A stretch of DNA of 64,000 nucleotides from an uncultured Acidobacteriota bacterium (lineage in GTDB: Bacteria; Acidobacteriota; Terriglobia; Acidiferrales; UBA7541): NCBI GenBank assembly GCA_963797345.1, contig CAWCPO010000013.1, positions 18,830 through 82,829 of the forward strand, written 5' to 3'. Under the pieces are notes generated by a model. The model did not search any database. It was not told the DNA's origin and saw only the letters and a list, made by a program, of their open reading frames with translations. The position numbers and the translations under genes are program-made. This document shows positions 40,789-50,140 of this stretch, one piece after another (positions within the stretch are counted from its first letter, which is position 1; each line of letters begins with the position of its first letter).

Positions 40789-42450
40789 GTGTGTTGGCGA
40801 AATCCGCTCAGCCGCGGCGAGAGCTATCAGTACGACGGCAACGGCAATCTGACCCAATTCACCGACCGCCGCGGCGAGGCCACAACCTACACCTACGACA
40901 ATCTGAACCGCCGCGCTTTCGTGGGATTCAACACGCAAGCGGGGCCAAGCTACGAAAGCACGATCAGCTACACCTACGACGCAGGCAACCGCCTGACGCA
41001 GGCCGTGGATTCGATCACCGGGACGATCGCGCGCGTGTATGACGGCCTCGATCGGCTGACTTCGGAAACCACGCCGCAGGGCGGCGTCAGCTACGGCTAC
41101 GACATTGCCAGCCGCAGAACCAGCATGACCGTCGCGGGCCAGCCGGCCGTGAATTATTCATACGACAACGCGAGCCGGTTGACGCAGATCGCGCAGGGCG
41201 CATCGGCGGTATCCTTTGTGTACGATTCGGCCAGCCGGCGCACGTCGCTGACTCTGCCGAATGGCGTGGCCATGAGCTACAGCTACGACAACGCGTCGCA
41301 ACTCACCGGCATCAATTACACCCTCGGCCAGAACTCGCTCGGGAATTTAGCATATACCTATGATCTCGCCGGTCGGCGGACGAGTGAGGGCGGGAGCTAC
41401 GCAGCGGCCAATCTGCCGCAGCCTGTCTCCCTCACGGCGTACGACGCCGCAAACGAGTTGACGGAGTGGGGCGCGGCCACACCGGTGTACGACGCGAATG
41501 GGAACACGCTCAGCGACGGAACGAATAGCTACGCCTGGAACGGGCGCAATCAGCTCGCGTCAATGAATTCGAGTGCGGAAAGCTTCCAGTACGATCCCCT
41601 CGGCCGGCGCGTGGCGAAGACTGTCCTATTTGGCACGACGAATTACCTCTACGACGGCGCAAACCCCGTCCAGGAACTCGCAGGCACGACGCCTACGGCA
41701 AACTTGCTGACTGGCCTGGGAATCGACGAACGCTTTACCAGAACAGATTCGAGCGCGACGGCGAATTTCCTCACCGATGCGCTTGGCAGCACTTTGGCGC
41801 TGACGGACCCAAGCGGCAACACGCTCGCCTCCTACACCTACGAGCCTTTCGGCAACACGACGGTCACCGGCAGTTCTGCGAGCACCTACGAATTCACCGG
41901 CCGGGAAAACGACGGCACCGGCGTGTATTACTACAGAGCGCGCTATTACTCGCCAACCATGCAGAGATTCATCAGCGAAGACCCAATTCAGTTTGATGGT
42001 GGAGTGGATTTCTACGAATATGTCGATAGCAACCCCGTTGACTTCATCGACGCTTTCGGTTTATCAAGCCTAGTATTCAACCGGGCGGCCGGAACCCTGG
42101 ACGTGTACGACGGTAAAGGAAGCTACGTGGGAACGTACGATGCCGGCAATTTTACACTGAATCCAAACGGAGATCCGAATACGATCAACAGTTTTGGACC
42201 GGCCCCGAATGGAACTTATCCTGTGCAGCCACCGATTAATACAGGCAATGATCAATTAAGGTATGGACCCTATTTCTTTCCTATTGGGGCACCGGGATCG
42301 CTCATTCGTCGCCGTGGAATCGGACTGCACGGTGGACGTAAAGGACCACACTCCCTCACAAAAGGGTGTATCCGTGTGAGTAATCAGACCGATCAACAAC
42401 TGTACAATCTGAACCAAACTGATCCCATAAGGCAGATTACAATTCAATGA
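40789..42450 (+). CDS. orphan Rhs cassette 1: start-less Rhs core fragment plus an L,D-transpeptidase(YkuD)-like toxin domain (42064..42447)
   Basis: About 1.15 kb nearly identical to 38590-39760 of the main gene (offset 2218). The CT has GIGLHGGRKGPHSLTKGCIRVSN, the YkuD H...GC(I/V)R motif. Confidence 0.85.
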   Translation: MCWRNPLSRGESYQYDGNGNLTQFTDRRGEATTYTYDNLNRRAFVGFNTQAGPSYESTISYTYDAGNRLTQAVDSITGTIARVYDGLDRLTSETTPQGGVSYGYDIASRRTSMTVAGQPAVNYSYDNASRLTQIAQGASAVSFVYDSASRRTSLTLPNGVAMSYSYDNASQLTGINYTLGQNSLGNLAYTYDLAGRRTSEGGSYAAANLPQPVSLTAYDAANELTEWGAATPVYDANGNTLSDGTNSYAWNGRNQLASMNSSAESFQYDPLGRRVAKTVLFGTTNYLYDGANPVQELAGTTPTANLLTGLGIDERFTRTDSSATANFLTDALGSTLALTDPSGNTLASYTYEPFGNTTVTGSSASTYEFTGRENDGTGVYYYRARYYSPTMQRFISEDPIQFDGGVDFYEYVDSNPVDFIDAFGLSSLVFNRAAGTLDVYDGKGSYVGTYDAGNFTLNPNGDPNTINSFGPAPNGTYPVQPPINTGNDQLRYGPYFFPIGAPGSLIRRRGIGLHGGRKGPHSLTKGCIRVSNQTDQQLYNLNQTDPIRQITIQ

Positions 42451-42457
42451 GGAAATT

Positions 42458-43006
42458 ATGAAATTCCGTCTGACTGTCGGGCACCTCATTTGGGCACTTT
42501 TGCTTTGCGGATACTCACCCGTAACGCATGCGCGGCAAACTGGACCTGTGGATGGGGCCAATCGAGTCATCGCTCGCGCCGGCGAATTTGTTTCTCCGAA
42601 TAAGAAGTGCCGAGCCACGCTCAAGACTAGCAGCCTGGGTGGATTCTTAGTCCTTACTCTAGGCAGGAAGGCTGGTAAGAGAATCGACGATGTTACGGGA
42701 ATTGCATGGGTATCTGGCGACACCCTCGTTTATACTACGAGCCCGAGTTACGGAATTCCCGGAGTGTTCGCTTATAGCTGTGATTCTAACGGCATTAAGC
42801 GGCTCGCTGCGCCAAGAACGCTCAGCAAGGCGTATCCGAATGGGGCGGACTATTTTGAGCTACAAGGAATTTCAAGCGCGAACCCTGTCACAGTCTACTT
42901 CTATTACGCGCCCGACGTGGATGCGATGGACACTAAGAATTTCAAAACCCCAGCCTACCTCTTTCAGGTTTATCTAGATGGTACCGGCTTTAAGCAGGCG
43001 GAATAA
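42458..43006 (+). CDS. candidate immunity protein 1, secreted/periplasmic
   Basis: 182 aa with signal peptide MKFRLTVGHLIWALLLCGYSPVTHA. Lies 8 nt after the cassette 1 stop. Confidence 0.6.
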   Translation: MKFRLTVGHLIWALLLCGYSPVTHARQTGPVDGANRVIARAGEFVSPNKKCRATLKTSSLGGFLVLTLGRKAGKRIDDVTGIAWVSGDTLVYTTSPSYGIPGVFAYSCDSNGIKRLAAPRTLSKAYPNGADYFELQGISSANPVTVYFYYAPDVDAMDTKNFKTPAYLFQVYLDGTGFKQAE

Positions 43007-44228
43007 CACCTACGATCTGGCGGGGCGGCGGACGAGCCTGGGCGGGAACCTTGCGTCCACGGGGCTGCCGCAGCCCGTTTCGCTCACGGCGTACGACGCT
43101 GCCAACGAGCTCACCGAGTGGGGCGCGGCCACGCCAGTGTACGACGCGAATGGAAATACGCTCAGCGACGGAACGAACAGCTATGCATGGAACGGGCGGA
43201 ATCAGCTGGCTTCGATGAACATGGGTGCCGCGAGCTTCCAGTACGATCCCTTTGGACGGCGTGTCGCGAAGACCGCCGTCTTCACCACGACGAATTATCT
43301 CTACGATGGCGCAAATCCTGTCCAGGAACTCGCAGGCACCACGCCTACGGCAAATCTACTGACAGGCGGCGTGGACGAATACTTCCAGCGCACCGATTCA
43401 AGCGGCACGGCCAATTTCCTCACGGATGCGCTTGGCAGCACGTTGGCTCTGACGGGCCCGAGCGGTAACACCCTCGCCTCCTACACCTACGAGCCTTTCG
43501 GCAACACGACCGTCACCGGCAGCTCAACGAGCACCTACCAGTACACCGGCCGAGAGAATGATGGCACTGGCGTTTACTTCTACAGGGCACGCTACTACTC
43601 GCCGACACTGCAAAGGTTCATTAGCGAGGATCCCCTTGGCATCATTGGGGGCGGGATCGATTTCTACACCTACGTGGGCAATAGTCCGATAAACTTGACG
43701 GATGCTTTTGGGTTGCAAGCGAGCACGATCGGCCCGTCGACGGCAGGCCGCGCGCAGTGCGCTTCCTGCGTTCAACCCAATTTCCTGAATAAATTGGAGA
43801 TACCTATACTCCAAAATATTGCAGAACAAAACAATGAGACCGTTGGGATCGGCCTAAGCATCTCGGGAGGGGCCGGAAACGGAATCGGGGTTGCTGGAGG
43901 GTGGTCGGGATTCCTCGTGGTTAGTCCAGACGGCGAAGCCGGGTTTGCCTTCACACATGGATTTACGCCCTTGTTCGGACCAGTTAAAGGCAAAGGCTTT
44001 TTGGGTGGCGCCGCAATACTTCAGTCGGGTGCTACTAGCCCTGGACAACTGGCAGGGTGGGGTGTTGACGCCGGAGGGAGCGCTGCCGATGCGTTAGGAA
44101 TAGGAAGTGACGCATCTATCGGCAACGGAGGCATCCTAACGACTGTAGCCACCGCCGGTTTTGGGGCGGGTGGAAATGGACACGCGGCTGTGATTCAGCA
44201 CACTGTGGTCATCCCGATCTGCCAGTGA
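42978..44228 (+). CDS. orphan Rhs cassette 2 with a glycine-rich 170-aa CT (43716..44225)
   Basis: Rhs homology starts at about 43007, right after the immunity 1 stop, with no credible start codon. DAFGL demarcation, then a G-rich CT (GIGLSISGGAGNGIGVAGGW...). Confidence 0.8.
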   Translation: MVPALSRRNNTYDLAGRRTSLGGNLASTGLPQPVSLTAYDAANELTEWGAATPVYDANGNTLSDGTNSYAWNGRNQLASMNMGAASFQYDPFGRRVAKTAVFTTTNYLYDGANPVQELAGTTPTANLLTGGVDEYFQRTDSSGTANFLTDALGSTLALTGPSGNTLASYTYEPFGNTTVTGSSTSTYQYTGRENDGTGVYFYRARYYSPTLQRFISEDPLGIIGGGIDFYTYVGNSPINLTDAFGLQASTIGPSTAGRAQCASCVQPNFLNKLEIPILQNIAEQNNETVGIGLSISGGAGNGIGVAGGWSGFLVVSPDGEAGFAFTHGFTPLFGPVKGKGFLGGAAILQSGATSPGQLAGWGVDAGGSAADALGIGSDASIGNGGILTTVATAGFGAGGNGHAAVIQHTVVIPICQ

Positions 44229-44240
44229 CCCGAGGATTAT

Positions 44241-45008
44241 ATGACGTCAATTGCTAAGACCGACCGCGAGATGTTTTTTCTGATGAAGTATTTGCTACCG
44301 CTGCTTTTGTTTGTTGGGAGCAGCGCGCTGCTATTTAGCGGTCACCCGACTTTTGCCGTCGTGGCCCATAGGGCTCCGCTGCAAATTCCTTTTATTCTGT
44401 GGGGGGTCTTCCTCATGACACTGGCCGAGGTCAAGCTAGCTGACCACCATTTAGAGTACCGACGATTTCTCAAATGGCAGCAGGTTCCTTATAGTCAAAT
44501 CCGGCGACCTACGAACTCTGTGCATCCCGGTATAGGTTGCATAGCTCTCGATCGGTTCTTGTTGCCATGGGGCAGGATATACTTCGTGGCTCTGCGCCCA
44601 GCCTTCGATCATCAGGTCGACTTGGTGACATCCATCAATGAGCGGCGCTCGACCCAACAGTTTATTCCGGCACAATCCCAAGGCAACGTGCCTCACGATA
44701 CGCAGACAGACACCAAAAAAGCTGTCCGACTTTGCCTTGTTATGGGCCTCGTTGGTGTCCTTTACTCGGTTCTTCTTACTGCTTGGTTCCCGAATTTCTT
44801 CTCCGAGTCCAATTGGGATGGGTTCCCACCGTGGCTGGCATTTGCAGTGAAGGCTCTGCTCCGTGCAAGCAGTTGGCCATGGGCGCTCGCAACCGGTGCT
44901 CTGCTGCTTGTGTGGATTATGGCAGTACGTTTTAGGAATCGTTCGTGGGTTCTGGCAATGATAGTAGGGTCCCTGCTCGGCCACGTGGCAGTCGAAGCTT
45001 TGCGCTGA
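44241..45008 (+). CDS. candidate immunity protein 2, polytopic membrane protein
   Basis: 255 aa with about 6 hydrophobic helices. GAGGA RBS. Confidence 0.6.
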   Translation: MTSIAKTDREMFFLMKYLLPLLLFVGSSALLFSGHPTFAVVAHRAPLQIPFILWGVFLMTLAEVKLADHHLEYRRFLKWQQVPYSQIRRPTNSVHPGIGCIALDRFLLPWGRIYFVALRPAFDHQVDLVTSINERRSTQQFIPAQSQGNVPHDTQTDTKKAVRLCLVMGLVGVLYSVLLTAWFPNFFSESNWDGFPPWLAFAVKALLRASSWPWALATGALLLVWIMAVRFRNRSWVLAMIVGSLLGHVAVEALR

Positions 45009-45091
45009 TGGTTCGTTAACGCCTCGCATGTGAGGACGCCCGTAAGAGCCGTCTGACGTAGATCGCGCAAGGCGCTTCGGCGGTATCCTTT

Positions 45092-46477
45092 GTGTACGAT
45101 TCGGCGAACCGGCGCACATCGCTGACTCTGCCGAATGGCGTCGTTATGAGCTACAGCTACGACAATGCGTCGCAACTCTCGGCGATTAACTATCAGCTGG
45201 GGAGCAATTCGCTCGGCAATTTGACGTACACCTACGATCTGGCGGGGCGGCGGACGAGCCTGGGCGGGAACCTTGCGTCCACGGGGCTGCCGCAGCCCGT
45301 TTCGCTCACGGCGTACGACGCCGCAAACGAGTTGACGGAGTGGGGCGCGGCCACACCGGTGTACGACGCGAATGGGAACACGCTCAGCGACGGAACGAAT
45401 AGCTACGCCTGGAACGGGCGCAATCAGCTCGCGTCAATGAATTCGAGTGCGGAAAGCTTCCAGTACGATCCCCTCGGCCGGCGCGTGGCGAAGACTGTCC
45501 TATTTGGCACGACGAATTACCTCTACGACGGCGCAAACCCCGTCCAGGAACTCGCAGGCACGACGCCTACGGCAAACTTGCTGACTGGCCTGGGAATCGA
45601 CGAACGCTTTACCAGAACAGATTCGAGCGCGACGGCGAATTTCCTCACCGATGCGCTTGGCAGCACTTTGGCGCTGACGGACCCAAGCGGCAACACGCTC
45701 GCCTCCTACACCTACGAGCCTTTCGGCAATACGACAGCGACCGGCAGTTCTGCGAGCACCTACCAATTCACCGGCCGAGAGAACGATGGGACGGGGGTGT
45801 ACTACTACAGAGCACGTTACTATTCGCCGACATTGCAGAGGTTCATGAGCGAAGACCCCTTAGGCATGCTAGGCAGTGGACCCAATCTTTATGCATACGT
45901 TAGCAATAGCCCGATTAATGGGACGGACCCAGAGGGCACCGTATCGCCTTTCGGCCCCTGGAGTCACGCCCTTAAGCCGCTCTCGGGCAGAAAAGATAAA
46001 AACTCGAATCCAAACCCACTTCAGCCGCTCTCGGGAAAGACCCCTGAGCCACAGTCGCAGTCGCCGTGCACAGCCGCTCGAGCGGCCTTGGCATCCGTGG
46101 GCAGCCAACTTTCGGCGATCGGGAATGATTTGACTTGGACTGGGATAGCCGCTGTCGGGATTTCTGGCGCCGCTGCAATTCCTGCCCCCGAGGGTGCGCC
46201 CGGCGAACTTGCCGGCGCCGAGGCGGGTGTCGGCCTAATTGAGGTCGGCGGAGCTTCATCAACATTGGGAGCCAGTCTGGAGGGAGATGCTCAGAGCGGT
46301 CTTGCCGGAGGGATTAAGAAGGCAGCGATCAATGTTGCTGTAGATCAGATCAGTTCTCGCCTGACAGGTGGCTTATTTCCTGGAATAGACAGTGCTGCGA
46401 AATCCGCCGCCGCCGCTCTCTTGGGCGAAATTCCTGACTTACTTCAAAATGAGGAGGCCGCTTGTGGAGGTGGATAG
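45092..46477 (+). CDS. orphan Rhs cassette 3 with an Ala/Gly-rich 178-aa CT (45941..46474)
   Basis: Homology to the main gene begins at about 45058. The stretch 45290-45830 is near-identical to 39190-39730. DPEGT demarcation. Confidence 0.8.
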   Translation: MYDSANRRTSLTLPNGVVMSYSYDNASQLSAINYQLGSNSLGNLTYTYDLAGRRTSLGGNLASTGLPQPVSLTAYDAANELTEWGAATPVYDANGNTLSDGTNSYAWNGRNQLASMNSSAESFQYDPLGRRVAKTVLFGTTNYLYDGANPVQELAGTTPTANLLTGLGIDERFTRTDSSATANFLTDALGSTLALTDPSGNTLASYTYEPFGNTTATGSSASTYQFTGRENDGTGVYYYRARYYSPTLQRFMSEDPLGMLGSGPNLYAYVSNSPINGTDPEGTVSPFGPWSHALKPLSGRKDKNSNPNPLQPLSGKTPEPQSQSPCTAARAALASVGSQLSAIGNDLTWTGIAAVGISGAAAIPAPEGAPGELAGAEAGVGLIEVGGASSTLGASLEGDAQSGLAGGIKKAAINVAVDQISSRLTGGLFPGIDSAAKSAAAALLGEIPDLLQNEEAACGGG

Positions 46478-46673
46478 CATTATTGGACGTGACTGGATCG
46501 TTCTGCTCGCTGCCGCAGCTCTTCTATTCAACGCGATAAGGGGCTTAGCCACCGGGAGCGCGATACTGTTCTACCGAACCGTGACGCGATCTGAAGATGG
46601 GTTCCTGTATTGGTCCGCTGTATTGGGGTCTGCGATATTGGGCGTTGCAGCTGCGCTGGTAATTGTCCTGTGA
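46464..46673 (+). CDS. candidate immunity protein 3, 2-TM small membrane protein
   Basis: GAGGAGG RBS 6 nt before the GTG at 46464 (alternative ATG at 46449). Overlaps the cassette 3 stop. Confidence 0.5.
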   Translation: MEVDSIIGRDWIVLLAAAALLFNAIRGLATGSAILFYRTVTRSEDGFLYWSAVLGSAILGVAAALVIVL

Positions 46674-46812
46674 TCGTTGACGGCGGCCAGTGGCTGTGCA
46701 GCCACTGAAATCCCAATAGGGTTCGCATCAGAATTTCAACAAATGGGACCCTGAGCGGAAACTTAAGCAGGAGTTATCCGGCACTACAACCACCGCAACC
46801 CTGCTGACGGGC

Positions 46813-47538
46813 TTGAACGTGGACGAATATTTCCAGCGCACAGATTCTACTGGCACGGCCAATTTCCTGACGGATGCGCTCGGCAGTACACTGGCACTGA
46901 CGGACCCGAGCGGCAACACCCTCGCGCAATACACCTACGAGCCCTTTGGCAACACGACGGTCACCGGCAGTTCTGCAAGCACCTACGAATTCACCGGCCG
47001 GGAAAACGACGGCACCGGCGTCTATTTCTATCGGAACCGCTACTACAATCCGACCTTTCAGCGATTTATCAGGCAAGACCCAGTAGGGTTTATAGGAGGC
47101 ATGAACAAATATGCATATGCTTTCGGGAATCCTGTGAATAACCGTGATCCATTAGGGCTGTGGACCTTCGGCGCGGGCCTTACCGTCAACGTTCAGTTCG
47201 GTATCATTAATATCGAAGGATCCTACGGAGTTGTCATCGATGGATCTGGGCACGTAGGACTCTATGGGACAACAGGAGGGGGTCTCGGAGTCGGAGCCGA
47301 CGCGTCCGCTGGTGCAAGTCTCAGTTGGTCGAACGCCCGAAAGATTTGCGACTTGGCTGGGCCGTTTCAATATGGCAGCGGAACCGCGGGCGCGGGGCTA
47401 GACGGAACCATTGATGAATTCACTGGTTTCACTGGGGATGGTAAACCTGTAGTCGGCGGTGGCCTGACGGTTGGCGCTGGCGTTGGGGGAGGAGGTTCGG
47501 TCGGCCTGAATGGAACCACCATCATCCCAGTTAATTGA
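46813..47538 (+). CDS. orphan Rhs cassette 4 (short) with a glycine-rich 125-aa CT (47161..47535)
   Basis: Only the last 115 or so core codons are retained (homology from about 46768). DPLGL, then WTFGAGLTVNVQFGIINIEGSYG... Confidence 0.75.
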   Translation: MNVDEYFQRTDSTGTANFLTDALGSTLALTDPSGNTLAQYTYEPFGNTTVTGSSASTYEFTGRENDGTGVYFYRNRYYNPTFQRFIRQDPVGFIGGMNKYAYAFGNPVNNRDPLGLWTFGAGLTVNVQFGIINIEGSYGVVIDGSGHVGLYGTTGGGLGVGADASAGASLSWSNARKICDLAGPFQYGSGTAGAGLDGTIDEFTGFTGDGKPVVGGGLTVGAGVGGGGSVGLNGTTIIPVN

Positions 47539-47545
47539 GACAGAG

Positions 47546-47839
47546 ATGAAAAAATTAAAACGCATCATTGAGGTCCTGCTGATAACTGGAGTTTTTGGAA
47601 GCATCTTGTCGTTCACATACATTCATATTTCCTATAGTGCGTCGATGCCCAGAACACCTCAGATTGAATCTGGCAGGGTGTATCCAATTACCGTAAACCA
47701 CGGCACGGTGGTTTATGTGAACCGACGGGAATTGGATCACGCACATTTCATCACTCACGGAGTTTTCACTGGAGGTCTACTGTGTGTTTTGGCGTTGGTT
47801 TTTATTAAACAATATTGGAACGATGAGCCTAGCTCCTGA
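47546..47839 (+). CDS. candidate immunity protein 4, 2-TM membrane protein
   Basis: 97 aa from the ATG at 47546, 8 nt after the cassette stop. Confidence 0.55.
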   Translation: MKKLKRIIEVLLITGVFGSILSFTYIHISYSASMPRTPQIESGRVYPITVNHGTVVYVNRRELDHAHFITHGVFTGGLLCVLALVFIKQYWNDEPSS

Positions 47840-48029
47840 GTTTTGTCTTCCGCCCGCAACAAGAATTCGTGTCGTGGTTTGGGCGATGGCCACATCAACA
47901 AAGGCGCGAGCCAGCCGGTGCGGACATGCCTCAGCCCGTCTCCGTCACGGCCTATGACGCGGCGAACGAGTTGACCGCCGCGGCGAGGCCACAACCTACA
48001 CCTACGACAATCTGAACCGCCGCGCTTTC

Positions 48030-49646
48030 GTGGGATTCAACACGCAAGCGGGGCCAAGCTACGAAAGCACGATCAGCTACACCTACGACGTAGGCAACCG
48101 GCTGACGCAAGCCGTGGATTCGGTCACGGGAACCATCACGCGCGCGTATGACGGCCTCGATCGGCTGACTTCGGAAACCACGCCGCAGGGCGGCGTCAGC
48201 TACGGCTACGACATTGCCAGCCGCAGAACCAGCATGACCGTCGCGGGCCAGCCTGCCGTGAATTATTCATACGACAACGCGAGCCGGCTCACCGGCATCG
48301 CGCAGGGCACATCGGCGGTATCCTTTGTGTACGATTCGGCGAACCGGCGCACGTCGCTGACTCTGCCGAATGGCGTGGTCATGAGCTATAGCTACGACAA
48401 TGCGTCGCAACTCTCGGCGATTAACTATCAGTTGGGGAGCAATTCGCTCGGCAATTTGACGTACAGCTACGATCTGGCGGGGCGGCGGACGAGCCTGGGC
48501 GGGAGCTACGCGTCCACGGGGCTGCCGCAGCCCGTTTCGCTCACGGCGTACGACGCTGCCAACGAGCTCACCGAGTGGGGCGCGGCCACGCCGGTGTACG
48601 ACGCGAATGGGAACACGCTCAGCGATGGAACGAACAGCTACGCCTGGAACGGGCGCAATCAGCTTGCCTCGATGAACATGGGTGGCGCGAGCTTCCAATA
48701 CGATCCCTTCGGCCGCCGCGTGGCGAAGACCGCCCTCTTCACCACGACGAACTATCTCTACGACGGCTCGAACCCCGTCCAGGAACTCGCAGGCACCACG
48801 CCCACTGCAAACTTGCTCACCGGCAGCGTGGACGAGCGTTTTCAGCGCACGGACTCCACCGGCACAGCCAATTTCCTCACGGATGCGCTCGGCAGCACCC
48901 TGGCTCTTACCGATGGCAGCGGCAACACCCTCGCCTCCTACACCTACGAGCCTTTCGGCAACACCACGACGACCGGCAGTTCCGCAAGCACTTACCAATA
49001 CACCGGGCGGGAAAATGATGGAACAGGCCTCTACTACTATAGAGCGCGTTATTACTCGCCGACGCTTCAAAGGCTCATGAGCGAAGACCCGCTTAGGCTG
49101 AATGGCGGTGATGTAAACTTTTACGCCTATGTGGGCAATAGCCCGACCAATTTTAGGGATGCGAGAGGTTTGCTGCGTGACTGTTTCACTACTGCGTGCG
49201 GGGGCGTGCCACCGGTCGTTCCACTTCCTTTACCTCCCGCATCTCTCTCAGGCAGGAAACCAAAAGATGCCGCGAAGCAATATTGCGAAGACACCGGACA
49301 GCTCTCGTTCAATATTCCATGGACCAACGTTCCCGTTACAGTTGCCGCGAGCGGCACCCTTGGTCCAGCGAACTACGGTTCCACGAACGACTTGAATACG
49401 GTGGTTCCAGTCATTCCGTGGCCCCAATGGCTAGCGTCCGGCGCAAGTGTCGATATAACTGTTAATGCCCCAGCGCAGCCGTCCAATAACTTGACTTACG
49501 GCTTTGGGAAGAATCTCAGTCTAGGATCCTTCCTCACACCCAACGGTTCGCAAGGACTCACTATAAGCTTGGGCCCCAGTGTGGGACCGCCTGTGAACCT
49601 TTCGCACCTGACCAATAACGGTTGCGCTATGATGGCGAACAACTGA
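48030..49646 (+). CDS. orphan Rhs cassette 5 with an unclassified 157-aa CT (49173..49643)
   Basis: The Rhs-homologous frame extends upstream to about 47927 without a start. DARGL demarcation. Confidence 0.8.
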   Translation: MGFNTQAGPSYESTISYTYDVGNRLTQAVDSVTGTITRAYDGLDRLTSETTPQGGVSYGYDIASRRTSMTVAGQPAVNYSYDNASRLTGIAQGTSAVSFVYDSANRRTSLTLPNGVVMSYSYDNASQLSAINYQLGSNSLGNLTYSYDLAGRRTSLGGSYASTGLPQPVSLTAYDAANELTEWGAATPVYDANGNTLSDGTNSYAWNGRNQLASMNMGGASFQYDPFGRRVAKTALFTTTNYLYDGSNPVQELAGTTPTANLLTGSVDERFQRTDSTGTANFLTDALGSTLALTDGSGNTLASYTYEPFGNTTTTGSSASTYQYTGRENDGTGLYYYRARYYSPTLQRLMSEDPLRLNGGDVNFYAYVGNSPTNFRDARGLLRDCFTTACGGVPPVVPLPLPPASLSGRKPKDAAKQYCEDTGQLSFNIPWTNVPVTVAASGTLGPANYGSTNDLNTVVPVIPWPQWLASGASVDITVNAPAQPSNNLTYGFGKNLSLGSFLTPNGSQGLTISLGPSVGPPVNLSHLTNNGCAMMANN

Positions 49647-50140
49647 TGCAGGAACTGACACCAAAGAGTGCTCCACAGCACATCTTCAAGGCGGGGCAGT
49701 TTTGGACTTCGAACGTCTTTGGAGCGGCAGTGGGAGGAGCTGGGGCTGGCATTTTGATGTCCGTTGTGATGGTTATTGTGGTCTCGGAAAACCCGACACG
49801 GAACAATATTTTGTTCGCGACTGGATTGGTTCTGATCCTTGTACTGAGCGCACTATGCCTCCTTCCAGGCAATCTAATCGCTGGATACCCGTATGCCGTC
49901 GAGCTGGAGGAAGGGACGGGATTGCTGGTCCAGGCGCCTCTGAGGAAACTCAGTATTCCGATACAGGCCGTTCAGGACGTGCGTAAAACCTTTCTTCAAC
50001 CAGGATACGTCGTGCGGCTGAACCGTCGTTACGGTTTGCTTAAATCCTTTCTGATCCCATCGTACTTTGGAGAAGAAGGCGAGGCGTTGGCCAACGCGAT
50101 TCAAAAGGAGATTTGGCAGCTGCACGATAGTGCGAAATAG
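49646..50140 (+). CDS. candidate immunity protein 5, membrane protein
   Basis: The ATG overlaps the toxin stop (TGATG). Two to three TM helices, then a soluble tail. Confidence 0.55.
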   Translation: MQELTPKSAPQHIFKAGQFWTSNVFGAAVGGAGAGILMSVVMVIVVSENPTRNNILFATGLVLILVLSALCLLPGNLIAGYPYAVELEEGTGLLVQAPLRKLSIPIQAVQDVRKTFLQPGYVVRLNRRYGLLKSFLIPSYFGEEGEALANAIQKEIWQLHDSAK

